DNA of 64,000 bases from Bugula neritina (lineage: Eukaryota > Animalia > Bryozoa), in assembly GCA_964035545.1 (NCBI GenBank), contig OZ037765.1, forward strand, positions 4,846,698 to 4,910,697. Reading direction: 5' to 3'. Made by a program: the position numbers and the translations under genes. This document shows, in pieces, positions 25,101-40,100 of this stretch (within the stretch, counting starts at the first letter, position 1; each line of letters starts with the position of its first letter). The notes under the pieces were generated by a model. That model had not been told where the DNA came from. It saw only the letters and a list, made by a program, of their open reading frames with translations, and ran no database searches.

Positions 25101-28100
25101 TGGTTTCAGTGAAACTACACTGTCGGAAGACTGGACATTCAGCGTCATGTTACCCTCATTGAACACCTTGTAGGCTACGCGGCACGTGTCCATATCCACA
25201 CTACAACATGCATAGCACTGTGACAAGACCCAAGGCTAATGCAGGTGCAAGGTGTGTCTGTAACTCATCATTTAGGATTATTGGTAAATATTGGAGTTGT
25301 CTTTCTCGCACTTTACAATACGAAATATAAGTCTGAATACTGACATACTTGAATATTTCCTGAGCTATAATGTTGATAGAAGGAATGAGAACGGTGTCTA
25401 TAGCCATGAAAGTCTCCTTGTAATAACTCATCTTCTCTCCCTCCTCCCCAGTACAGGTTATCCTTATCAACGACTGAATTAGCTGTGATCAACAATCAAT
25501 GATTTTATTACAACTCATCACATAATTTCAATAATTATTTCTGATTCGTAGACCTCCTAATGCAAAACACAGATGTCTAATATTAAATATAATATATAGA
25601 ATGCAACTTTGAAAACTGGCCTCGGAAAACACATAGTCAGTGGTTTGAGTTCAAACACTAGTGGTGATGTTAGGAAGAGCATACAGTCATAAATGCTCTT
25701 GTGTCACATCTCAATAAGTTCTTAGCTCATTTAACTAATCTTTCCATCGGAGGTTTCTCACAGAGATAGTGACTATAAACTCGAGTGAGTTTTGATAGAA
25801 TGCAACTTCTGAAGCAACAAACAATATCTGGCTCTATTGAATCTGTAGTCAGTACAAACAACAAGACACAGCAAATCAGGTTGAGGAAAGCCGAAGCCGT
25901 ACTGAGGTTTCAGCCACATTCCTGGCACAATGCACTCTTCACTTGGAAGAATCACAAATCACACACTTTAACAACAGAGCTCAATTTAATTATAACAATA
26001 TTTATAGTTGGTAGTACTATATAATTATATAGAGGTTAGGCAAATTCAGCATAACTATTATCTATTCTCTCTCATGACTATAAAACTTGATTCTTTCAAT
26101 TTTATTGTACCTAACTAGTCACAATACCACAATCAGCGATGCATATCTGCATGCAATGAATAAAACTCACACGATACCGGTACACCAGAATAGAAGCATA
26201 AAATAATCATGAGGAGGCAATTCTAGGTGGGCATATAATACAGAGTAGGGTACTATTCCATGCAGAGAATATTGAGGCTAGCTGCTTGCTTATTACCTTC
26301 ACTTTATTTATAGCCTGATATGAAGACAGTGGTAACATGGCTTAACCAAGGAACATATGCTAACAGCCTTTGCCATACAATGAAATGGACAGACGCCTGC
26401 ACTTGGGCCATTCTTACATAACAGTCAAGTTTCACCACCATTTTTGAACAAGATTAGCAGTAGAAATATATTGAGTCTTCATCGTTAAGTTTTTTAGATG
26501 CACTGAAAACTTAAAATAGTAAATTTTGCTATAAGAGACAAATTTATTTTAATTGTTTGTATTAAATTTTAGCACTGATAGATTTCCTGTTGAATTGTAC
26601 ATGATAGTTTAGATTATTTAATATAATATTATAAGGCCTGGGAGCAGCTCAAACATGTATCATGTAGATATACTTACAGCAGATGATGTTGTATGCTTGA
26701 TCTCTCCGCTGTGAGTAGGAGATATCAATGAAGTGTCTGGCAGGTCAGAGTGTTTCATAACACCAACAGTCTTTATGACAATATCCGTCTCGCTCTCGGG
26801 TGAAAGAGGTAGGCTGTCCTCCAGATGGGACAAGTCTAGCGTCAATATTTGTCCCAGTATATCTGTACACATACAATTAGATGGTAAAACATATACCAAA
26901 CCGAGCTTGATAGAATTATTTTAAATGTAGAAAAAGGAGTAAGTAGAATAAAAAATAGGCATAAACTGAGATTTATCTTCTCTTTGCTAATAAGTAATTC
27001 TATTATTATTGAAATATTGCAATAAGATAAGGAGTTGTCACACACCACACAGTGTAGATTAGCTGTAAACTTTCCTATCATCCGATAACCATGTAATATA
27101 CTAGTTTACAATTTATATCAAGTATAATTGTAGTGTAGGTCATGTGATTCCTTACTGTTATGTTTCTCGCTCTCCAAGGTAGCCTCTAACTTAGTTATAG
27201 CCACACACCCAGTGTTCTTCAACTTTATGCTATATTCGCGTCTGGAAAACATCAAAAGCCTTATATTAAAGTACTAATATTTAACTAATCACTCTTAGTC
27301 ATGAGATAGCAATGTCTAGGGTCTCGCTTTGACTCGATTGTTCACAAAACTCGTCTGTAAAGAAACATTAAAATAATACAAAAGTCGTGACAATAGAACT
27401 GCCAATCACGCAACTGAAGTTTGCTTATTACCTCCAACATCAGAGTATTAAAGTAAAACTTTTGTGAGACACAACAGTTAAAAATGTGACTTAGTTGATA
27501 TTTTTTGTTAAGCAGCAAAAAATTAAATGATACGGTTAGAGACAGACAGACAGGGGATAGTGAATTGTCAACTTTCAATTAAAAAATATTATAATACAAT
27601 TGGTATTCATTGATCAACTTTTCTATGGCTTTTTTAATCATGTCACTTTTACATGAGCCAAAAGCATCAAGTTAAAATGAGTAGAGGAAATACAACAGTA
27701 CTCAAAATCCTAGAATTAAAATGTTATAACTTCCCTTGGGACAACCTGTTTCCTTTAGTGAAAACTTGAATAACAAGCTGCTCATGCTTACTGTTCAAAA
27801 AATAGTTTAATTACATGACAAAATCATATTAAATTCTTCTGAAATTATTAATAAAACAACTTTTCTTGCACACAATAGTAACAGCTAGCAGGTAAAATGA
27901 AACAAAATAAATTCTTTTATCACATTAAAAAATAATAAATTTGCAACTTTGAGTATTTTTCAAAAAATAATGAGACGAGAAAAAATCCCAAAAAAAAGCT
28001 TGCAGCTCAAGATGGCCGTGACGAATTGATTGGCCACCTGGGTGCGGAAAGGAAGTAGATGATCTCGGTATATAGATATTGTATTAATCATAGAGAGGGA

Positions 28101-31100
28101 GATTAGATGTGTGTGAATACATATATCTGAGTGTAGTTAAGGCAGAACTGAGGCAAGTGTCAACAGGACCTTAACCTTGCTCTAGAAGGCTAACTCCCCT
28201 CTAACAACACATATCCCGTGACATGCACATTCAGATTAGACGAGCTGAGTAGATTATCCACATGCCATCAGTTTCAGCCATCAGTTCGGCAGTCACCAGA
28301 TGTGCAGGGCAAGTTGACATGGCCGAAATGTGTCAACTTACAAATTTTACTGCCAACAAAAATTTAACTGTCAGCTGAATGCTTTGGCGAAGAGTTCAAC
28401 CAGACTTTAGATGGTTTTTTGTGTAAAAAGCATTTTTTGTGTAGAAGTACATACACCGCACTTACACGTATAGACGTACACTGTACTTACATGTATAGAC
28501 GTACACCGTACTTACACGTATAGACGTACACTGTACTTACACACAGAGATGCACACTATACTTACACATAGAAATGTACACTGTACTTACACGTAGAGAT
28601 ATAGTACACTGTACTTACATGTAGAGATATAGTACACTGTACTTACACGTAGAGACGTACACCGTACTTACACGTATAGACATACACTGTACTTACACAG
28701 AGATGTACACTGTACTTACACAGAAAGATGTAAACTGTAGTGACACGTATAGACATACACTGTTACTTACCTTTCACCAATATAAATCTGTAGTAGAGCA
28801 CTGTTTAGTATCTGGTTATCTCCCCTTGTGACCCTGTAGGGACTTTTGGGAAGGTCAGAGTAGGGGAGCAGACTCGGGAGGTTTGGGGCCACGTCAACCG
28901 TGAAGACGTTCTGCTTGATTTGAGGAAGTTGAGCAAAGAGACAGCGACTGACTACACCAAACAGAGTCATCTGGTAGCCTGTGAAACAGACAAATTTTCA
29001 ACAGCTATGATCTTAAATTACTTTCAAGGTCAGAACTATAAATGCCCTTATAATGAACAAGTTAGATAGATCTTAGCCTAATTTTCGTCTAAATTTGCTT
29101 TATTAATTATTTAATGAAATTTGTATAAAAAGTTTTGTGATGTTTAACTTTGCACTTTCAATATATTTCTAAAACCTGTGAGCTTTACCAAAGCGTTGGT
29201 GTGTATCGAATAACCTTCTTTGCAAGGTTACAAACTGTGCCAAATTATTGGTCTAAACTTATATTAAATAGCAACTATACCATAATTTAACAAGTAAAGC
29301 GCATTTTGCTAAAATATGGCCAAAATGCAATGAGCGTGGTGAAGTGTTTTGGTACAGAATTCTGGAGGATTTAATGAAATATTTCCATTCAATCAAATGT
29401 GACACCAGTACATGTCATTCTCGAATAAGCTGCATTAGGCTGATTGATTTATTCATCCCCAATAGTTTAGCAATCATTATAAACAAATTAGAATAAAAAA
29501 TTTGTCATTGATTTCTCTTCAAATTATTTCTGCAATAAATATTTGGGTGACTAAGCAGAGAGTTTGCATATGATTCTTTCTCAATGCCAGGCCCAGCTTC
29601 CAGTGCAACTCAAGTTGGCACAAAATGCCAGTTTTAGTGAGCCTTTGAAAGTTGACAAATTTTGAAGGTTTCTTTTGCTCTGAGAGTGACGAGCTAACTG
29701 CCAATCATTTCATTATTCAACATGTCACTCAAGTTTGGAATAATTTTATTATTCAAATGTTGAAATATTAACACACAGGTGCAACATTTTAAAGTTAGAC
29801 GAGGAATTCAAGCTAGAGGAAAGTTTTACCCGTGATCCTAAAGGTACCGGGCTGGCGGGGCGTACACAGGATGTTGATAAAACAGGGTCCAGACTTTGGC
29901 GGGAGAGTTCGGTTAAAGGGGTGAGACTGAAACTTGACTCCTTCAGCTATTAGACACTGTGAAAGAAAAAAATATATATACATATTTATATATATTTATA
30001 TACATAATAATAAATACGTTGTGTATTTGGAAGTGAAAGGCTATTGCGTGTTGAAACATGGTACATTTCAAAAAAACTTTTCAATCGACAGCAAAATATA
30101 TACATATCCATTTCACAGCCCTTCATTTTATTTGTCAATTTTTGTAGAAAATAACACTTATTTATTATTCAATTACATCATTTCATATTGATTCTACCAC
30201 TTATCGAGTAAACTGACACTAATCTCAACAAAAAATTGAGCAGCAAGATTTTTCCAATTGAATATTACTTTCAAATAATTTTAAACAACTTTTAACCTTT
30301 CCCAATTCTAACCTCCAACATTAATCTCACACATAAACACGTGGATGTAAGGGAGGTTACAGACATGTCTGACCAGACAACATACAGGTCTGAGTAGACA
30401 ACATACAGGTCTGAGTAGACAACATACAGGTCTGACCAGACAACATACAGGTCTGAGTATACAGCATACAGGTCTGAGTATACAACATACAGGTCTATAA
30501 CATTCTGAGAAAAATCAAAATCTAAATGAAATGTGGGCTTCACATTTTGAATTGCATAAAAGCTTTCAATCTGTGAGGCACATACAATGCCAGCAAAGTT
30601 TTTGGCAGACACGCTCAAGTTCAATTTGGCCTCACACACATCGACTTGGATGACATTCGTGATAAATATAGCCCTTGGACAACTCAGGAATCACATGATG
30701 TGTAATTCATCAACAGCTCAACTCTACGAGTGTGACACGAGATACTCACAATGTCGGTGACTTTCAGCGCCAAAGGAAGAGGATTGCAGAGATGTACCTC
30801 CACACTCCCAGCAGTTCCCTGCACCCAGCTGAACTCTGCCAAAATGTAACACGTTTAATGTAAATGTAGTTGAAAGGATGCTTAAAACTCTGCACATCTT
30901 TTTTTTAATTTTATGTATGTTTTAGCAGCCGTGATCTAAGGGTTACAGCGCTTGCTTAGTAAACATCAAAGGCCATTGGTGATGTTAGGAAGAGCATTAA
31001 GTCATAATTGCTCCTGTGTGTCATCTAAACACGTCCTTAGCCCGTTCTAACAAAAACCCTTTCCATCAGGAGTTCTCACAGGGGTAGTGCTTAGTGACTA

Positions 31101-34100
31101 TAGACTAGCGTAAGCTTTTATGTTTTAGCATGACTACCAATATATCTGTATTGAGTTGGTGCAAACCAAAAGCTATGTATGCAAAACAATTAGGTAATAA
31201 TAATCAGTGTCTTTTTTTTTCAAAAAAAGTAATACAAATGTCAATATAGCAATGTAGATGGCTAGTAATAGAAGCAAATAACATGATATAAATAATTAGT
31301 TTAAACAAAAAAATGACAAATGATATTAATGACAAAAGAACACGATTGTGGAGCGTGAAAAGAGTGAACTGGTGTTTGTTAAATATATAGGTTGAACATC
31401 ATATTTCATATAATAAATTCTTCAAGGTGTTTCATCACACAATATTGTATTATTTTTAAACAAGTGAAACTTTTCTATAATTTGTGTTGAATCAGAACAA
31501 AGGAAATGGTTACAGGATATGAGAGTATGTTGAGTAGAACTTGGCAGAGTAATGAATAGTGCAAGTAGTACTGAACCTACCATATTCAGCAACAGATGGT
31601 GATCGGCTAAGTTGAGGCTTCAAGTTCATCGGGGTGTATATAAACACGCTATCGCTGGGTAACACCTTTTTCAATTTATGGGGCTCTAAATGAGGAGGCA
31701 ACTTCAATACTTCAAAGGAACTAGAAATTTATAACATACAATTATGTAATAATACATACAATATGCAGGCAACAAAACATGTGATTATATAATGCAACAT
31801 AACAGTCGAATTTGCATTATTGCTTATGAAGAATGTTTTATTTATTACAAAAAATTGTGTGAAAAAGTTTTTATCAAATAAATTAGGAATTAGTTTGCAT
31901 AAATAACATCAAGTTACATAAATTCCGTGTTCATAGCTCCAATACTTCATGAGTATTGGATAACCAGCTACACATAAGACTCTTTACTCAATTCACCAAA
32001 GCTGATGGAATATGGAAAAAGAATATACCTAAAGTTACAAGGTATTACATGCCAAGCCATGCAAGTGCCACTAGCTAACACATGTATCAATATCTAAACA
32101 AGGAAAAGTGTGAGGATATTAAATGACATATTGGCTAGATATAAATGAGCAGCAGGCGCATCTGAGTGGCAGACGTATCTGAGTGGCAGACATATTTGTT
32201 GTGAGGATTGCTTCCTCTGTACGAGGATGCAATCTTTGTGTTTAGCAAATGGTATTGACAGGTATTGATCTCAGATACAACTTTATAATGGTGTACTGAA
32301 ACATACCATTTAAAATTCTCATACTAGTTTTAATAGTGAGTTATTCTAACCTTGAATAACAAATTAAAAGTTTAAGCTCAGCATAACAAAAATGTTGTAC
32401 AATTTACCGCAAAACTTTGAATCAAGTTGTAAACACATGACTATTTCGCAAAATATGCACGCAAATTCGAGCTAGTTTAACACGTAATGCAAACGTTGCT
32501 TCTCCAGTGTAAAAGGGAGGTCATAGAAGGCCGTTGCTTACGCCTCAAAGTTTAAATACGATGCCTAGAAATTGCACCAAACACAAACACCTGTGGCGAT
32601 GAGGTGTAATGAAGAATAATTAATCGTTTCATGGTTTGACACAAGATGAGCAAAATACAAAACAGGATATCAGCAAGGCAGAGAGTCGTCTCATAAATAT
32701 GTCGGCAAAAAGAGAAATTATCTCGTCTACAGTTTTACTCGTCTGTCTAGACGAAATAAGATTACCGTAACTTTTAAAAGACGGCAAATGCTAAAAGTGT
32801 AACAGCTTGACACGATTCAGCTTCGTTGTTTGACCACATAACTTGTTTTTAAAGCCTGAAATAATGTGTACCTCCACTGATAAATGTGTTCTTGAAATAA
32901 AAATATACGCGGCTTATTGACTTATGTTAAAATCTATGAGAACAACTTTATTTAAAAATTGCAGTACCTAAGTAATGGAAAGCATGTAAATACAACGGGT
33001 GGTAGAACTTGTCCCGTAGCTGTGGTGAGAGGTAGACCTCGGTCTATTTCAACTCGGGTACATGATTCCAGAAGCTGAACAACATCAATGAGCTCTTCTT
33101 CCTGCATCCAGTCATAAAGAGCGTGTAGCCTCAGTGATGAATGCCTAAAACAAGAAGCCATACAAGCAAGTTTTTCCATCACCAATCTGTGAACTGGGCA
33201 TTACAAATTCATTCAACATAGGTGGTCTGTCCATCGCTTTATTCTACCGCCACATCTGCAAGTGTGGCATTCAGCTGGCAGTATATCTTATGTAAGTGGT
33301 CTTTTTACCCAAATATTGAACCCACTACCCCTTAGCTGAATCCTTACAGCCTTCCTCTGTGGTCTTTACCTAGATGGCATTTTGTAATGTTGATGCATTG
33401 AAACGGCAACGCAAAAAAGAAGAAATTGAAAAACGATTATGATAAAAAGAGAAGAATGCATTTCCATCTCAGAGATGTAAATGCCATAATGGGATGAGAA
33501 GGATATTGTCCGAGCTCAATATACTTTACCTCCATCATTGAGAGCTCCTAATTCCGATTGATCCAAATTTAATAAAATAGTCATAAACTTATTACTTGGG
33601 CGGCCATGATGCATGCTAATATTAAGTTGCTTAGAGTTCAACTCCTGCGTGACATGAGAACAGATTTATAAAGTTTTGATTTAATAATAATATAGTATTT
33701 TATAGGACGGCCACTCATCCTTTAACTAGATGTTTAGTATTATAGGCCGATGCTGTACATGGAAATGATATAATACAGAAAAGTTACAGTTCTATTTACA
33801 GCTACAGTAAAGTTATATTAGGACAACTGTACTACAAATATTGGGAGTAATTCAGTTAAGGCTATCATTTCGTTGATATAATAGCAGCTGACCTTGCTAT
33901 GATTGGTTGAGCTCCAAGCTGCCTGGCAGCAAAGATCAGCTCATGGAAGACCCGAGCTCGAATGCCATTCCATCCAGTATCCACTTCTACAAGAGAAGAG
34001 AAAGCACACACCCCATGAGAGTAAGACAATACAAATGCCCAAGGTCAAAAAAGGTCATGAAGTGTTTTATTGTTTACATGTCACATGAAATCAAAGTTTT

Positions 34101-37100
34101 TTTTGGTATAAATATGACACAATTTTAAGATTTTCAGCCAACTTACAGGTTTTTTCTACTGCTTGACTAAAAGGGCAGGAAATGTTTAAGGAATTGAAAA
34201 AAGTATTAGAAAGTATGACACATACTAAAGTCTTGCCACACTATATTTATAACACCTACTTTATTAAAAATATTACTCAAAACTGGCTAGAAAATTCAAT
34301 TTTCACCCCAAAGCAAATAGAGTAAGTCATTATATGCTATAAATAAATTTTCTAAACATTTCAAAATATTCAACTTTTTTAGCGAGAAGACTTGTGAGTA
34401 GATGAATATTATTGTTACAACATAACCAACTGTCAGGTAGCGCCTTGGCTAAAAGCAGGTAAATTGGCCAGTTTTACAGCAGCGGCAAAACAGCTAGGTA
34501 TGTTGTAAAACACAAGACTGACACTCGGGAATGTGTCAGTTGGCTAATTACCTCTACCTCTGGCATATAATCATATGATCAGAGCTCTTGGGAGGGGCTA
34601 ACTACCGCAAGCAAATAGTGAAACAATGTTTTTACAAAACACAGACTTGGTGTTTTGCCGTCACAACAGGTACGGTGAGCAGCAGCTTCTCAGGGTGTCA
34701 GCTTTTGCTGTCGGCAGCGAGTCAAGGGTGCTCAAGTCTACGAACCTGGTTTTGAAGACTTTCAACGTCTGCTCAGTGAACACCACCAACATAAAAGCTC
34801 ACGCAAGTTCATAGTCACCATGCATGTGAAAAAAAACCCTGATAGAAGGGTTTTTTGTTAAATCAGGCTAAGAATTTATTCAGATGAGGCACAGAAGCAA
34901 TTATGACAAGATGCCCTTCCTAACCTCACCAATAGCCTTTACTGGGGTTTGAACCCATGAATTTGTGTTTATTAAGCAAACGCTCTAACCCCTAGACCAC
35001 GGCTGCTTCCCCCTCCCCCAGCACCACCAACAAATGACAGTATCGAATAACTTTAATATGAAAACTTTTAGTGACTGCAGTGTAGCATAGAACGGACTAG
35101 TTCTAGCTACTATGACGAGGCTGTCAACAGACCCCCCCCAACCATACAGCTAATAGACTGAGAGCATGTGTAATAAAGAACACACCTGAGGTGTGGTAGT
35201 CGGAGCCGATGAAAGACATGTTGAATCCTGAGAAAGCTTGAAGCAGCAGTTTATAACACTCGCTCCACGCAGGTGACGGCAGCAGAGGGTTCACGCAATG
35301 CATCGCTGCCACTCGCTTGAAAAATGCTGCCTTTCTGTGAAAATTTAGTTGGCTGTACAAATCTCCAATCACATCAAATCTCTCCACCTGTTAAAGCATA
35401 GCTGAATATTTCAGGTCACAATATCAACACTTCAGGTCACATGATCACCACAAAAAACTTGCACATAGAATAATCGTCATAACTAAAAACCAGAATCTAC
35501 AGAAATACATTATATAAAAAAATTAAATAATTTTTTACCAAAGAAAACATAATAAAAATTACAAATACAAGCAACAGAAAATGATGATTGAGTAAAGATT
35601 TTAGGATTTAGAAAGCAAGGAAAGTGAGTAATGGTACTTTGTAGACTATTACTATATTGTATTGTACTATATTATATTATATTACACTATATAACTACAT
35701 TATATTGTATTGCACTATATTATATTATTATGTTATTATTATACTATATAACTACAGTATATTGTATTGTACTATATTATATTATATTATTATATTATAT
35801 TACACTATACCACTACATTATATTATGTTGTATTATATTATACAGTATTAAATTATTATTTTGACTTATACTTTAAATTATATTGTATTATAATATAATA
35901 CTACATATTATATTATTGTATTATATTAGCCTATTGCACACATATAATTTATCTTGACATAAAAAATTTCATTACTGTTGTTTTACTGCTTTCAGTGTAA
36001 GAAGAATTTTTTCTATAAAAACATTTGCAACCCAGTGAATGCATTTTGTTGAAATAACAAACATAAAACTCAATAGTGCATCTGTGTGGTCTGACACAGT
36101 GTATGAGTGACACATATAATGCTAAACATGACACGTATGCAAGTCAAATGGCATGTTTTTACAACATAAATTCTGTCACATCAATGATTCAAAAATATTA
36201 ATTAAGAAAATCTTTTCATTTTGCTCTCATATAGGATCAAGAGCTTAGAAAACCTTCTCAAAGGCCAAATCCTGGTCTACCCCATTATTTTCAAGCAACT
36301 AGACTGTGACACCTAGGTGACCTTCGGCCAGAAATTTCTTGTATTCTAAATATAGCTCTTTAATAACTTTTTTTCAATGAATAACCACAGGCATTACAGA
36401 AGGTATTAGTTTGATGGAAAAAATCATGAAACAATAAAAAATACTAATAAAACCAAAGAAAAGTTTCAATAGAAACTCAAAATTTACATGAAAATTTTGA
36501 TAGGAAATTGACTGAAATGCACACTCACTGACCCTTTCTTTATAGGTGAAATCATCCAGGATTACGTAAGCTACATCGTGTAAGAATTCTGCAGCTGTTT
36601 TGGTCTTCTGTAAATAAATTTTAAGTACAGAGTAAATACTTCACAATTAACTCATTAAAGCATTACATTTATAAAAATCAACATTTTATAAACCACAACC
36701 TTTTAATCCTCTCAAAAATTAGAATAGCTACAAAACTTTGAAAAATTTAAGTTTATGCTTTTGAAAAAATTTGTAAGAAGTTTATGTGTGGATTAAAAAT
36801 AATAAAAGTGTAGAGAGTAAAAATATTTTTCGATATTTATTTGAAGGTTGTTAAATTAAATATGAAAAATGTTATCTCAAACTCATAACCAAGTTAGTAT
36901 TCAACGTTTACATTAGTTAATTAAGTATCATTCAGAAATCTGTATTCTGCATGTTTTTAAATGTAAAATTAAAGAAATTACTGTGCCTTGAACTTGCTAC
37001 AGAAATTAGCTGATTATTAGTCCACTATAATGTGTTGAAGTAAAGTAAAGCTTGGTTTAAACAGCTTTGCTTGTAAAGCTATATGTGTTTGTTGAGAATT

Positions 37101-40100
37101 TAGGTAAAAATGGCACAGGTAATAACGGCACAAATGAAAAAGTAGGTAAAAATGGCACACTGATGTTAAATTTTCTCAAACACAAACCTACACCCACATC
37201 CCAATATTGAAAATGTGTCATTTTTACCTCCATACTATTTTTGCCTACCTACTATTTTTACCTACTTTTCTATTTGTACCATTATTACCTGTGCCATTTT
37301 TACTGGTCACTGGTAGTTAAATACTTTAGCACGCGGTGCCAAGGCTATGAAAATGCTATTGAATATTTATTTAAAATCTTTCTTGAATGAGGCAAGAATA
37401 AAACATGATAGGGGAAGCTGCAAAGTATCAGTGGCAGTATCATATTAATAGCCAGTATGCACATGGTCAGTGCATTGTAACAGTGACACATATATTGCAT
37501 TATTATGTACAGTAATACACTCCAGACACCACTTGAGTCTATTCTGTAAATATGTCACGTTGAACGAGTGTTACATAAAGCACTGCAAGTATGAAGCTCA
37601 ACAAAGATGAACTGTTTCATCAACTTCTTAAAACTTTGACATTTCTAAGTATTATTATGCTGAGGAGCATTTGAGTTTGACTCTAATGGTCTAATTGAAA
37701 GATTAATTTACAGAGAGACTTTATAACAAGAGGGTTAGACACTTGGAAAGAGCCGACCACATGTCACACTGGCATCTTACTCTGCTATACACTTAACTCT
37801 GCTATTGTTACCTTCATACTCAACCAGCTTGCTCACATCTTTGATTTTTCACACCATGTGTGTGTTGTTCTTAATCTGAGTGTATTTATACATATTATTT
37901 CTATAATATCCTCCGTAGTCATAATACAAAGCTTCGGAGTAATGTCAGTTTATCTTTGCAAGAATTTCAACAATAAGTGCCTAGGCTTGTTCAATGATTA
38001 ATTAGCCAAATGAGAATTGGCCAAGGTTTCTGCCACCATAATTAGGCCACCTATGTTGTGACACACCTGAAAACTCTGTTTCACTTTCAATACACAGCCT
38101 ACTCCTTCCCATTACCTATGATTACCATATTTATGATAAGTATGACACCATCAGGTAACAGGGATAAAACAATTTATAATTATTTTAACCCTCTCATAAA
38201 AATCAATTTTAAATTTTATGTTATAGAAAACGTATAAAATCTGATAATTCAATGTTTAAAACCCTGAAAATGTTTCCTGCTAACAGAATTTTTCAGGCAG
38301 CAATAAAAAACAGTCACACATAAAATAAGACATTTAATTTTTATTTATTCCATATATATAATACAAGTTGTATTACTTGAAGAAGGAAAAAACAGACACA
38401 ACATTTTCTCATCAGAAAGAAAACAAATGAACAAAACAATATATAAGAAATGTCCAACAACAATCATATTAGATAAAATAAATTAGAAAAATATAAACTA
38501 TTGAAAAGTTCCTATATAATCTGAATAGGCTTCTAACACAAAACCAGTTTGTATCTTGGGTTACATGATCTATATTGAGCTTATAAAATATCTTAAGGCT
38601 TATTTAGTTGCACTATTACCAGCAGCACTTTGCTAGGAAAAAAGGGCCAACGGGGCCAGCACTACTGGACCATGGCAGCTTCTATATGTACTCTAAAGAA
38701 CAAGGAAGTTATTATCATAAAGGCTTAAATGTCACTGATACAAATCATTTTATAATTGAAATGGTAATGCACTGATCTGTGGTAAATGGCAGTAAAATGA
38801 TTAATGAAGTAAATGGGAATATTTAGGGGGCAATTTTTTAGTGTTATGCGTTCTGTTTCTGGTGTTAGCAAACCAAGTGTCAACTTTCACAGAAGAAATG
38901 CCACACAGAGATGCCAGCTCTTTTTTCTCTTCGTAGGTAGGGTATGGTCTATACTCGTGCTCTTTGAACCATTCGTTTAATATAAATTTAGCTTTAGGAC
39001 TTAGGTATCGCTTGCCGCTAGATGTGTGTTCAGAACAGCTCTCCGCAGCATCGCTTGGTTCTGGACTACTCGAGGTAACATTTTTTACAACATCTTGAAG
39101 ACTTTCGATAACCGACTTATTCTGTGTGAGGTCAGAAACCAGTTCACTAGATTTCTGGAGGCATCGAGCTACAACCTGCTCCAGACTGGGTTTAGTATTG
39201 GTGGAGGGGCTGCACTTGCTCGGTTCAGGAGAAGATCTGGAAGGAAGATCCTCTAGTGTGGAGCTTTCACTGGGTGATTGAGCACACACCGTCTCCACGT
39301 CAATCAGCTCTTCTTTATTATCTTCAGCTGCCGGTGTTGGCTCAGGTTCAACAGCTTTATTTTCGGCAGCAGTACTGTTAGAAGAACCGCTCAATGGCTC
39401 GATTTTATATTTATGCATAAGCCTTTTTTTCATAGCCAACTTGCTATTCAGCATATGCTTGCCACCATTATAAGTAAGTGTGTTGAAGGACCTTGCTCTT
39501 GTGTTGGCCATCCATTTCTTTACCTATGCATATATCAACGTATATTAATTAGAATGCTACATACCCCTCTGACATGTCACAGCCCAATTAATACCGAATA
39601 AATCTTACCAAAATACTATGTTATGTGGACTTAGTGGCAGCAGGATTGGCAACAAAATTAGCCCTTATTTATGTGAAATCAAGCTGAGCGAGTGGCATTC
39701 CCATGTATAAGCACCATGAGATAATGATAAGTAAGTATGTAAAGTCCATGCCACTCATCCTATGACACTGACTGCCTGTTAGCATGTCAAACGTTGACAC
39801 TTTTTAGCAGCCAATGAAAATGACACCAAAGACCTGAAAGCAGACTTAGCTGCTGAAGGGCTATCAATTTCCAATAGACCCATCAACTCGCAGCTACTCA
39901 ATAATCATCATAGCTTTATGACTCTCATTACTGGGCAACTGCTTTGAAGAACATTAATTCTAGATCTTACACACTACAAGTATTCACACCACAACACGCA
40001 ATTAGCTGGTAATCATGGTGTTACAGGCCAGAGGTGTTATAACCAATAACTGCACTTCCTCCACGCAAAATGAGGCTTCGCAACGGGAAACCTTACGTGT

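Noticed and set aside
25870-25945. GC-richer imperfect hairpin on the minus strand (miRNA or snoRNA candidate; starts GTGCATTG like miR-33)
   Set aside because: The stem is short and bulged, the match to miR-33 ends after ~9 nt, and the box C/terminal stem are imperfect.
30560-30640. Hairpin followed by ACA (H/ACA snoRNA candidate)
   Set aside because: No upstream H box or convincing first hairpin, and the pocket geometry is off.
38340-38800. CPE-like UUUUAU elements in the homeobox 3' UTR, suggesting a maternal mRNA
   Set aside because: Such hexamers are expected by chance at this AT content; not supportable without conservation data.
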